From an archaeon (GTDB lineage: Archaea > Nanobdellota > Nanobdellia > Woesearchaeales > GCA-2686295), in the NCBI GenBank assembly GCA_043817405.1, contig JBDRGV010000051.1:1960-65959 (forward strand): a stretch of DNA of 64,000 nt, read 5' to 3'. The notes below the pieces were generated by a model. That model made no database searches. It saw only the letters and a list, made by a program, of their open reading frames with translations, and was not told the DNA's origin. This document shows positions 1 to 8,900 of this stretch, piece by piece (positions within the stretch are counted from its first letter, which is position 1; every line of letters starts with the position of its first letter). Made by a program: the position numbers and the translations under genes.

Positions 1-494
1 AATTCTCAGACAATCCAGATTACAAAACAACTTTCCCACCTCATTGTTTACAGAACACAAAAGGTGCAGAGTTTGTTCCTGCAACAAAACCTGAAAAACC
101 ATACATTATCAGTTGGCAAGATGAAGATTTCGATGCTGATGAAATATTCAACAGACGAAACATCGTTCTGTACAAGGATGCTTTCGATGTGTTTGACGAA
201 GTCGATGGAACACCTTGGGCCTATGAAGTATTAAACATTATAGACCCTACAAGAGTTTTGGTTTATGGTGTCGCAACTAATTACTGTGTTGATTTTGCAG
301 TCAAAGGTTTGCTTGAACGAAAGAATGGCTTTGAAGTTGACGTAGTAACCAATGCAATGAAAGAGATTCCAGAATGTAATTTGGAAGATAAATTCAAAGA
401 ATGGGAGGATTTGGGTGCTAATCTGATGACACTATCTAAAGAAGGATTTCTTGAGTATAATAATCCTAAAAACCCATATCTCGGACTAATATGA
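1..494 (+). CDS. pncA: Nicotinamidase (isochorismatase family), 5'-truncated at window edge
   Basis: Frame open from nt 3 with no stop. Motifs PHCLQNTKGAEF and VLVYGVATNYCVDFAV are typical of PncA/isochorismatase. Sits next to NAD genes. Confidence 0.6.
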   Translation, partial: FSDNPDYKTTFPPHCLQNTKGAEFVPATKPEKPYIISWQDEDFDADEIFNRRNIVLYKDAFDVFDEVDGTPWAYEVLNIIDPTRVLVYGVATNYCVDFAVKGLLERKNGFEVDVVTNAMKEIPECNLEDKFKEWEDLGANLMTLSKEGFLEYNNPKNPYLGLI

Positions 495-514
495 AAAAAA
501 CAGAGGAATGAAAA

Positions 515-1894
515 ATGAAAAAACCTAATAAAATAATCATTCCTGAAATAGATGTTGTTCAGGTTCAAAGAGAAATTGAAGATTTCATAATTGACACAAT
601 TATCAATGCAGGTTCCACAGGAGGCGTTATTGGACTTAGTGGAGGTGTTGATTCAACCACAACTGCTGCTCTTGCAAAGAGTGCTTTTGACAGGTATAAT
701 GAAAACAATGATAATAAATTAACACTAGAAGGTTATATTCTACCTTCAAAAATAAATAGTCCTGATGATGCAAAAGATGGTGTCGCAGTTGCAAGAACAT
801 TAGGAATTAATTATCAGGTTTTAAGCATTGATCAGCAAATTGAGAGCTATAAAATCACTAATCCTGAAAGTATTTCTAATAAATTTCACAAAGGAAACCT
901 CACTTCCAGAATCAGAGCAAATATTCTTCATTCAAAAGCTGCTTTTGGAAATAAGTTAGTTATTGGAACTGGAAATAAAGATGAGGATTTCAGTTTGGGA
1001 TACTACACTTTATTTGGTGATGGTGCTGTTCATTTAAGTCCTATTGGTAATCTTTCTAAACGTTTTGTCAGACAGATTGCAGAACATTATGGTTTTGAGA
1101 ATATTGCTAATCGTGAACCAACGGCAGGCTTAGAAGCAGGACAAACTGATTTCAAAGATTTGGGTTACAGTTATTTCTTTGTTGAAATGCTTTCTGAAGC
1201 TTTGAAACAAGGTTTCAAATATAAAAATATTGTAGCCAGTCCGCAATTAAATGATGTGTACAAGAATGATTCTAATAATTATACTAAACAATATGACAAG
1301 CAAAAGTTCAAAACCATAGAAGATGCAATAGAGGATATTTATCATAGGCATGAAAGTGCCATGTTTAAAGCAGATATTGTACATCCACCGATGGCGCCTG
1401 TAACCTTGATTTATGATGGTGAAAAAAGAAAAGATAAATCTGAAATTAAAAGAAAAGGTTACGAACCTCCGATTCCAACAACAGACATTATTATTGAATA
1501 CAAAAACGGTGTGAAAGAAGGTCTTGTTTTGATTGAAAGAAATAATCCACCCTATGGTCTGGCTATTCCAGGTGGCTTTGCTGAAAGAGGAATTACTTTA
1601 GAACAAAACGCCATAAAAGAAGCTTTGGAAGAGACTGGTTTGAGTATTGATATAGAAACTCCTGAAAGACCTTTATGTGTACATTCCAATCCTAGCAGGG
1701 ATCCTAGAAACCATATGATTAGCGCTACTTACATTGCCAGAGGTCATGGAACCATTAGGGCTGGCGATGATGCTGCAAAAGCAGCTCTTTATTCAATTCC
1801 TGAAGTTAAAGAATTACTGAAAAAAGATGCTTTTGTTTTTGATCACGGACGAATCATTGAGAAATATCTGAAACATAGAGGTTTATATGACTAA
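515..1894 (+). CDS. nadE: NH3-dependent NAD+ synthetase (PP-loop SGGVDS) fused to a C-terminal Nudix hydrolase domain
   Basis: N-terminus has GLSGGVDSTT, the PP-loop ATP pyrophosphatase motif. C-terminus has PGGFAERGITLEQNAIKEALEETGL, a Nudix box with a GI/K variant. An AGGAA-type ribosome-binding site lies upstream. Confidence 0.75.
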   Translation: MKKPNKIIIPEIDVVQVQREIEDFIIDTIINAGSTGGVIGLSGGVDSTTTAALAKSAFDRYNENNDNKLTLEGYILPSKINSPDDAKDGVAVARTLGINYQVLSIDQQIESYKITNPESISNKFHKGNLTSRIRANILHSKAAFGNKLVIGTGNKDEDFSLGYYTLFGDGAVHLSPIGNLSKRFVRQIAEHYGFENIANREPTAGLEAGQTDFKDLGYSYFFVEMLSEALKQGFKYKNIVASPQLNDVYKNDSNNYTKQYDKQKFKTIEDAIEDIYHRHESAMFKADIVHPPMAPVTLIYDGEKRKDKSEIKRKGYEPPIPTTDIIIEYKNGVKEGLVLIERNNPPYGLAIPGGFAERGITLEQNAIKEALEETGLSIDIETPERPLCVHSNPSRDPRNHMISATYIARGHGTIRAGDDAAKAALYSIPEVKELLKKDAFVFDHGRIIEKYLKHRGLYD

Positions 1895-2507
1895 GCAATT
1901 TAAGAGATTAGGATTCATTGGAAGGTTCAAACCTTTGCATTTAGGAGCTTCAGCAGTACTCGAAGGATTATGCAAAGAAGCAGACGAAGTAATAATTGGA
2001 ATTGGTAGTTCCAATAAATATAATCTTCGTAATCCGTTCACGGCAGAAGAAACTGAAGATATGATTGATGCATACCTTTCTCCCAATCATTCAAACTATT
2101 CAATCGTCAGAATTCCTGATTACGCACATATTCCTAAATTTAACAATGGTAATGTGTGGACAGAGCATGTACTCAAAGAATTCGGTTCTTTAGATGCTTT
2201 TGTAACTGGAAATGAGTATGTGAATAAATTGTTAGAACCTCATTATAAAATTATTCATTCAGCTGAATTTGTTCCTTTTGAAAAAAGAACCAGATTGAGA
2301 GCATCAGCCGTTAGAGTTGAAATGGCCAGAAATGGTCCTTGGCAATCAATGGTTCCTGAAGAAGTCAAAGAATACCTGCAGAATAATTCTTTGATTAAAA
2401 GATTCAAGAAAGAATTTGGATTGGAAACCATCAGCAAACTAGTAACTGATAATTACTTTATGGATGAAACTAAAGATAAAGAAAAAATTCATACAATGGA
2501 GGTATAA
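1887..2507 (+). CDS. nadM: Nicotinamide/nicotinate mononucleotide adenylyltransferase, archaeal type
   Basis: GFIGRFKPLHLGA resembles the GRFQPFHxGH nucleotidyltransferase motif (second His replaced by Ala). About 200 aa. Overlaps the nadE stop by 8 nt. Confidence 0.65.
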   Translation: MTKQFKRLGFIGRFKPLHLGASAVLEGLCKEADEVIIGIGSSNKYNLRNPFTAEETEDMIDAYLSPNHSNYSIVRIPDYAHIPKFNNGNVWTEHVLKEFGSLDAFVTGNEYVNKLLEPHYKIIHSAEFVPFEKRTRLRASAVRVEMARNGPWQSMVPEEVKEYLQNNSLIKRFKKEFGLETISKLVTDNYFMDETKDKEKIHTMEV

Positions 2508-2508
2508 A

Positions 2509-3282
2509 ATGGGACGAATCGGAAACTATGAAATCATAAAACAAATCTCCGAAGGCGGATTTGGCAGAATATACCAAGCAAAACATATCTTTCTTGATGA
2601 GTTGGCTTGCATTAAACAGAACAAGGAAGATACCGATATGGACATTCAAATTCTAAGACAAGAAGCTAAATTATTATGGAAACTCGATGAGTATCATTCA
2701 ATACCTTCTGCTAAAGATTTTTTCAAAGTGGCTAAGGGAAGTTACGCTTTAGTTATGAGTTATATCGATGGAAAAACATTGGATGAGACTATTCCTAAAA
2801 ACAAGAAGATGAATCCTGAAGATGTTTGTTGGATTACTGAAAGATTACTTGGTGCATTGCATTATTTACATTATAATGGAGTTATTCATGCAGATGTTAA
2901 ACCTCAAAACGTGATTATTGAACCTAAAAAACATGATATCAAATTGATTGATTTCGGTTTGTCATCCTACATGCCTAAGAGTATTACTAAACCTTTAGGT
3001 TATACTGAAGTTTATGCTGCTCCTGAATTAATTCTTTTGAAACCACCAATTCCTGAAACTGATTTATACGGTGCAGGCGTTGTCATGCTTACGGCTCTCG
3101 GAGGCGATATTTACACAAAGAGTTTGCCAAAAACTGTGCATAAAGACATTGCAGATTTTTGCAACAAACTCTTAAGATATGATCCTAAGGAAAGACCCAA
3201 CTGGGATAAAAATAATCCCTTATTGGAATTATCAGATATCAGACAACATGTGTTCGGAAGAAAGCATGTTTCTGAAGCCTAG
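2509..3282 (+). CDS. Hanks-type Ser/Thr protein kinase
   Basis: GGFGRIYQAK (Gly loop plus Lys), HADVKPQNVII (catalytic loop), DFGLS and APE are all present. I moved the start to the ATG 2 nt after the nadM stop. Confidence 0.7.
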   Translation: MGRIGNYEIIKQISEGGFGRIYQAKHIFLDELACIKQNKEDTDMDIQILRQEAKLLWKLDEYHSIPSAKDFFKVAKGSYALVMSYIDGKTLDETIPKNKKMNPEDVCWITERLLGALHYLHYNGVIHADVKPQNVIIEPKKHDIKLIDFGLSSYMPKSITKPLGYTEVYAAPELILLKPPIPETDLYGAGVVMLTALGGDIYTKSLPKTVHKDIADFCNKLLRYDPKERPNWDKNNPLLELSDIRQHVFGRKHVSEA

Positions 3283-3321
3283 GATGAGTTAGAGCTAGCG
3301 GTAGCTCTGGAGGTATAGAAA

Positions 3322-4293
3322 ATGTATGGATGGGGTAGCGATACCAGCACATGGAAAAAACCAGGCAAGTACAAATATGACTCTGCCAAAAGTCCTTACT
3401 TGGATTCACTAGCCAGCAAATCGGCTGCAAAAGGACCACGAACATATAATATCGGAAGTGAACCAAATATGAAATTAGTCAATCCAAGAGGAAGGGATAT
3501 TTCCAGCGATAGTGAGAACCCTATAATTATAGGTGTTGATGTAACCGGTTCGATGTCTACATGGCCAGCTGAGATTTTTGATAGGTTGCCATTGTTTTAT
3601 CAGACATTGTCTCAGTACAAAGATGACTTAGACATAAGTTTTGGAGCAATAGGTGATGCCTATTGTGACACATATCCAATTCAGGTCAATAGCTTTGGCA
3701 AAGAAGTTAATTTAGAAGAACATTTGAAAGCATTGTATCCTGAAGGTGGCGGTGGCGGACAGAATAAAGAAACCTATGAGTTGTTTGCTTATTATATTTT
3801 AGAACATTGCAAGACTCCTAAGGCAAAATCTCCTTTCATGTTTATTTTTGGAGACGAAGATTTTTACAAAACTGTCAATCCTAAACAAGTAGAGCATTAC
3901 ATCGGTGATAAATTAGAGTCGCCAATGAAATCAAAAGATGTTTGGGATAAACTATTGCAAAGGTTTGATTTGTATTTGCTTCATAAACCATATGGTTCCG
4001 GTAGTGATGACAAGGAAGTAGTTGACAGTTGGGCTAATGCAATTGGCAGACAACGAATTGTAGAGTTGCCTAGCAAAGAAAGAGCAGTTGATATTGCAAT
4101 GGGAATTGTTGCTAAGAAATGGGGTAAGTTTTCTGACTTCAAAGATAATCTTAGCGCAAGACATGATAGTGATGGAGTTAAGGACTCTGTTTACAAATCA
4201 ATTGCATTTGTTGATGTTGACAGCTCACCAAACTCTGTTGTAAAAACAACTAAGAAAGGTACAAAGACTAAACCATTGAGCGAAATGCCTTGA
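3322..4293 (+). CDS. von Willebrand factor A (vWA, TerY-like) domain protein
   Basis: MIDAS motif DVTGSM (DxSxS), with later GGGGQNKET and FIFGDED segments. A GGAGG site lies upstream. Confidence 0.65.
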   Translation: MYGWGSDTSTWKKPGKYKYDSAKSPYLDSLASKSAAKGPRTYNIGSEPNMKLVNPRGRDISSDSENPIIIGVDVTGSMSTWPAEIFDRLPLFYQTLSQYKDDLDISFGAIGDAYCDTYPIQVNSFGKEVNLEEHLKALYPEGGGGGQNKETYELFAYYILEHCKTPKAKSPFMFIFGDEDFYKTVNPKQVEHYIGDKLESPMKSKDVWDKLLQRFDLYLLHKPYGSGSDDKEVVDSWANAIGRQRIVELPSKERAVDIAMGIVAKKWGKFSDFKDNLSARHDSDGVKDSVYKSIAFVDVDSSPNSVVKTTKKGTKTKPLSEMP

Positions 4294-4425
4294 TGATTTA
4301 AAAAAATAATTTTTGTGTGGTGAACATATGCAAAGAGAAAACTTGGAAGAAAAATTAAACGAAACACATCTTTGCAGGTTCACCAATATTTTTTATGATT
4401 ATAATATACAAACAGGTGAATTAAC

Positions 4426-5343
4426 ATGAAAAATGCTAAAGCTATTGTAACCATACCACCTTACGCTCCTTTTGTCAAAGAAGTTGTAAATCATCCTATT
4501 GTTTCAGGTCTTAGATTAAATACTGTTATGCCTGTTAATGAAAGTCTTGAAGATGTTTTAGGAAGATTGTATAAAGAAACTGAAAGTGCTGGTAAAGATT
4601 TATGGATTGATTTAAAATGCAGACAGTTGAGAGTTAAAAATTTTGGTGTACCTCCATTTACAGAAATTGAGTTGACTCATAATTTAGAAGTTAATACTCC
4701 TGTAACTGCTTATTTTTCTGATGGTGAAGAAAGCGCCACTGTTTTGAGAGTTGACGGTAATAAATTAATCATGCAGGAAGGTCCTAGAAGAGTTGTTGGT
4801 CCTGGCGAATCTGTTAATATCCCTGATAGATCTTTGAAGATTGATGGTTATTTAACAGAGGTTGATAAAAATTATATTAACGCTGCTAAAAGCATTGGTT
4901 TACATAATTATATGATTTCATATGTTGAAGGCAAGGAGGATGCTGGCAAAATTTTGAAGTTGGATTTTAAAGCCAACATAATTGAGAAAATCGAATCTTT
5001 GAAGGGTCTTAATTATGTTATGAAACATTGGGTTGGTAAAACTGGCCTAATGACTGCTCGCGGTGATTTATATGTTGAAATGAAATTACCCCATCAAGTA
5101 ATTGAAGCAGAAGAAATGATTATTGGCAAGGATGAGAACGCTGTTGTCGCTTCCAGAATATTCAGTTCATTAAGTCAAAGTTTGGAACCAACTTGCGCAG
5201 ACATTGGCGATGTTGATAATCTTTTAAGAATGGGCTATCGAACTTTCATGTTTGGAGATGATATTTGCATGCAGAGAGATTCAATAATGAGTGGCCTAAA
5301 TTTATTCAAAGCAATGGCTAAAAAGTACGAGGTTGGAAAATGA
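4426..5343 (+). CDS. Truncated pyruvate-kinase-like (PK barrel only) protein
   Basis: Collinear with the pyruvate kinase A domain. AIVTIPP matches IVCTIGP; SGLRLNTVMP matches AGMNVARLNFSHG; KIESLKG matches SKIEN (Lys and Glu kept); MTARGDLYVEM matches MVARGDLGIEI. No C-terminal domain; 305 aa. Confidence 0.5.
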   Translation: MKNAKAIVTIPPYAPFVKEVVNHPIVSGLRLNTVMPVNESLEDVLGRLYKETESAGKDLWIDLKCRQLRVKNFGVPPFTEIELTHNLEVNTPVTAYFSDGEESATVLRVDGNKLIMQEGPRRVVGPGESVNIPDRSLKIDGYLTEVDKNYINAAKSIGLHNYMISYVEGKEDAGKILKLDFKANIIEKIESLKGLNYVMKHWVGKTGLMTARGDLYVEMKLPHQVIEAEEMIIGKDENAVVASRIFSSLSQSLEPTCADIGDVDNLLRMGYRTFMFGDDICMQRDSIMSGLNLFKAMAKKYEVGK

Positions 5344-6425
5344 ATGAAGAACAGTTTATTGGAACTATTATCGGTTGTGCCATTGGTGATACTCTGGGCA
5401 TGCCTGTTGAAGGCTGGAAGAAAGAACAGATTGCAAGATATGCTGGAAGGATTACAGAACCTCGTGATCCAGTTATTGTAAAAGATAAAAATGGTAAAAT
5501 TGTTTATGGTGATGAGTTCGGTTATCTGAAATATCATACAAAATACATGAAAAAAGGTGAATGGACAGATGATACTATTTTGACATTGGCAATTGCTGAA
5601 GCGATCGCTGAGAATGGTTTGGATTTGGAAGCAATTGCAGAGTACCAATTGAAAGAATACAAGTCCAGAATACAAAAAGATGGTTCTGTTAGAGGCGGTT
5701 TTGGAAGAACCACTATCGGTGGTTTTGAAAACATGGAACGAGTTCGCAAGGGTGCAAAAACAGGTGTTGTTGGAGGACCTGGTAATGCTCCTGCGATGAA
5801 AGCAGGGCCTTTGGGTTTAGCTGCCGAATCTGAAGAACATATGATTGACCGTTATGATGATCGAAGGACTTTTTTGACAAGTGATTATGTTAAATTCGTC
5901 GAAGATGTTGCTAAAATGACTCATCTTGATCCGCGTTCAGTAAGGTCAGGAGTCATTCAGGCAAATGCTATAAACAATCTTTTGGACGGGGCTAACAAAG
6001 GTACTTTCATGACAAATATGTATCTGATTACCATGAGAGAAGAAAAAGTTCCTAAACATTACAGTTATTCATCCGGACCTTCTTTGTTTGATAAAATAGG
6101 TTGGGTCATGACACATGCACATGTTTCTCCTAATGTTGCTCACAAAAAATTAGGAAGTTCTAGTTTAGTCACTTCATCGTATCCTTTCGCTGTTTTCATG
6201 TTTCAGAAGTACTGGGATAATCCAATTGAAGGTTTGATTGAAACTGTGAATTATGGTGGCGATTGTGATACAACTGGTGCGATTTACGGTGCGCTTGCAG
6301 GTGCTAAGAACGGCATGATTTTTCCTAAGGAATGGGTTGATGTTTTGTATGAAAAAGAAAGATTGATTAACGCAGGAAAAAACCTATGGAGGCAGAGAAA
6401 TGAAAAAAGCATTGCTAATCTATAA
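5340..6425 (+). CDS. ADP-ribosylglycohydrolase (DraG/ARH family)
   Basis: N-terminal GCAIGDTLGMPVEG and C-terminal GGDCDTTGAIYGALAGAKNG are ARH signature motifs. Confidence 0.8.
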   Translation: MNEEQFIGTIIGCAIGDTLGMPVEGWKKEQIARYAGRITEPRDPVIVKDKNGKIVYGDEFGYLKYHTKYMKKGEWTDDTILTLAIAEAIAENGLDLEAIAEYQLKEYKSRIQKDGSVRGGFGRTTIGGFENMERVRKGAKTGVVGGPGNAPAMKAGPLGLAAESEEHMIDRYDDRRTFLTSDYVKFVEDVAKMTHLDPRSVRSGVIQANAINNLLDGANKGTFMTNMYLITMREEKVPKHYSYSSGPSLFDKIGWVMTHAHVSPNVAHKKLGSSSLVTSSYPFAVFMFQKYWDNPIEGLIETVNYGGDCDTTGAIYGALAGAKNGMIFPKEWVDVLYEKERLINAGKNLWRQRNEKSIANL

Positions 6426-7248
6426 GAAAAGCAAGTATGATATCCAAAGAAATTCTCCTGACAAATACATAAGAGACTATGCTGAGTCTGATGATGAAAC
6501 TGCTGTTGCGAGCAGAGAACAGCATAAAATCCATAAGGATTCTTTGGAAAGAGTCATTTCTGATTTAGATAAATCTGATTTTGATTATCAGACAATTTAT
6601 AGAGCTGATTTTGACAAATCAAAAGTTGATGATCATAATCTAGTGATTGCTTTTGGTGGCGATGGAACTTTTTTCAATGTGGCTCATTATATTTATGACA
6701 GACCTCTTCTAGGTGTTAATCCAGGCACTAGCGTTGGTTTTTATTGTCATGCAAACAGTGATGATTTCCATGAAGTAATAAATAGTATTGATGAGCAACC
6801 GATTACAAAAGTTCACAGATTAGAATTAGAGTTGAATGGAAAAATCATTCCTGAGCAGGTTTTGAATGATATTTTGATTGCAGATAATAATCCTGCAGCT
6901 TACACCTATTATTCTGTTGAAGACCATGGAGATGTGAATATCAAGAGGAGCAATGGTTTGTTGGTTGCAACTGCTGCTGGCTCTACTGCGTGGATTCGAA
7001 ATTTGAGAGGTGCAGTATTGCCTTTAGAATCTCCTTTAATTCAATATCATCACAGAGATGTTAATAGTCCTTTCTTCATAACTGATGGATTAAAAGTTAA
7101 ATCTTATTCTAGACAGGCAGATATATATGTTGATGGTGATCATTTGATGTATCCTTTTAATTTGGAAAGTGAACTAGTTATTAGAAATGGTAAACCTTTG
7201 CATATAATTGGCGAATTTACTGAGAAGAGAAGAAAGTATTTTGATTAG
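6400..7248 (+). CDS. nadK: NAD+ kinase
   Basis: GGDGT motif (LVIAFGGDGTFF). NDILIAD...NGLLVATAAGSTAW matches the NadK NE/D and GSTAYS regions. Confidence 0.8.
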   Translation: MKKALLIYKKSKYDIQRNSPDKYIRDYAESDDETAVASREQHKIHKDSLERVISDLDKSDFDYQTIYRADFDKSKVDDHNLVIAFGGDGTFFNVAHYIYDRPLLGVNPGTSVGFYCHANSDDFHEVINSIDEQPITKVHRLELELNGKIIPEQVLNDILIADNNPAAYTYYSVEDHGDVNIKRSNGLLVATAAGSTAWIRNLRGAVLPLESPLIQYHHRDVNSPFFITDGLKVKSYSRQADIYVDGDHLMYPFNLESELVIRNGKPLHIIGEFTEKRRKYFD

Positions 7249-8369
7249 TATCGTCTGATTATTTCTTTGTATGCATTAGCTATTTTATTCATTTTGCTTC
7301 TTGGGTATATTGTGTTGGCTAATGTTTTTCCTGTTAATGGTTTGTCTGATCCAACTCCTGCAAAATGATATCTTATTTCTCCAAGTCTTGAATGAGAGCA
7401 ATTATTATCGAGCATCGCCATCTGCATCCATTCCATATCTAAGAAGTCTCCGCCTGCATCTAAGTCTTTTTCTAAGTTTTTCTTCATTTGTCTTAAAACT
7501 GATACTGTGTTTACTGTTTTTCCTTCTAATGCATCTTCACCAATTTCATTTTGAAAAATAGTCCATGCACTTGTATCATCAATAAGTTGATTGTAGATTG
7601 GAATATCTTGTACTTCTCCAGATAATATTTTCTTTTCGTCTAGAGCTGCAAATGGCACGTATATTCTGCCCACTTGATATCCTTTGTCAATTATTCCAAT
7701 TTTTCCGTAGTGAAATATGTTTATGTCAATTCCTGGAAATTCAGAGTTTGATATTAGAAATAATTGTTGTAATAAATTCTTTGCTTGGTCTGCGAATACA
7801 TAGTCAAAGTTCATTACCGGTTTTTCATCGATTTTAAATACACGATGATTTATAAAATCACTTTTACAATCCGCATCCATTTCTAAACCATCTATTGATA
7901 ATGCCTGTAAAGGTCCAAATATAACGTTTAATTGATTAGTATCTTTTATTGCTTTTTCGTCAACATAATGAAACATTAAATCCACATTGTCATAAGCTAA
8001 ATCTACGAATCTTCTGTTTGCTTTTGATCTTTGCTGTTCATAATCTTTTATTGTTAAGGGAATTTCTCTGTTTAGCAGATATTGTAAACCTTTATGTAAA
8101 TCTTCATCTCTTAATAGTCTAATGTCTCCTCTTGAGTTTATGATATGAAGTTTATTATTAAAGTAGAAATGTGGTTCTGTTGATTTTTTTGGTTGGTAGA
8201 AGTATTTTTCATATAAAAATGTTAATTCATTTCTTAAAAAACCGTTGTGAATAACTATTTCACCAATATTTTTGAGTTGTTCTTTTCGTGTTTCCATATC
8301 AGGATGGGCTATTCTATCGTAAATATAATTTCCTAATTGTCTTTTATCCATTAAATCTGTTAGTTCCAT
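7245..8369 (-). CDS. Hypothetical protein (374 aa), convergent with nadK
   Basis: Long ORF in good coding context. I recognise no family signature. Confidence 0.5.
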   Translation of the reverse strand: MELTDLMDKRQLGNYIYDRIAHPDMETRKEQLKNIGEIVIHNGFLRNELTFLYEKYFYQPKKSTEPHFYFNNKLHIINSRGDIRLLRDEDLHKGLQYLLNREIPLTIKDYEQQRSKANRRFVDLAYDNVDLMFHYVDEKAIKDTNQLNVIFGPLQALSIDGLEMDADCKSDFINHRVFKIDEKPVMNFDYVFADQAKNLLQQLFLISNSEFPGIDINIFHYGKIGIIDKGYQVGRIYVPFAALDEKKILSGEVQDIPIYNQLIDDTSAWTIFQNEIGEDALEGKTVNTVSVLRQMKKNLEKDLDAGGDFLDMEWMQMAMLDNNCSHSRLGEIRYHFAGVGSDKPLTGKTLANTIYPRSKMNKIANAYKEIIRRY

Positions 8370-8427
8370 AATTTCTCCTCTTTTAAATTATGAACTTCAA
8401 AAACTTTTTTTGTTTTTGTTAGTTCCA

Positions 8428-8841
8428 TTATGCTTCTCCTGTTTCGTTCGAGTAAAAAGGTTTTTCTTTACCAAATTCTTTTTCTAGAAATTCATCTGCG
8501 TTTTTTTGATTGTTTAATTCAAAATCAATTACATCTATTTCTGATAATGCATCTTCTATCATGACGTTTTTGGCCGCCATGTAAACCGCTGACGCAGGTT
8601 TGTAAATACTCCAGCTTAAGAATTTCTTTATGAAAGGATGGTTTTCTAGTTTTTGTAAATAGTTTTCTGCTTCGTTTATGTTTTTTGAAAAATGTTTTTT
8701 TAATGTGAAATATTTATTCATGAATTTCTCGTTTTCAAATTCTAGTGTTAAGTCGTCCAAGTATGTTGTGTCAGATGGTGTGTGTCCTAGGTTTATTCCT
8801 TTGTATTTCAATGGTCCCGTCATTTCAACTTTTATTTGCAT
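8428..8841 (-). CDS. Hypothetical protein
   Basis: 137-aa ORF on the minus strand, in an apparent operon with the next three genes. Confidence 0.4.
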   Translation of the reverse strand: MQIKVEMTGPLKYKGINLGHTPSDTTYLDDLTLEFENEKFMNKYFTLKKHFSKNINEAENYLQKLENHPFIKKFLSWSIYKPASAVYMAAKNVMIEDALSEIDVIDFELNNQKNADEFLEKEFGKEKPFYSNETGEA

Positions 8842-8900
8842 CTTATTTGTTAGGAATGAAACTTTGTTTAAAAAGGTTTATCTATCGTCGAGAAGAAAGT

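Noticed and set aside
5235-5675. 146-aa minus-strand ORF spanning the PK-like/ARH junction
   Set aside because: Antisense shadow of two well-supported plus-strand genes; low-complexity composition.
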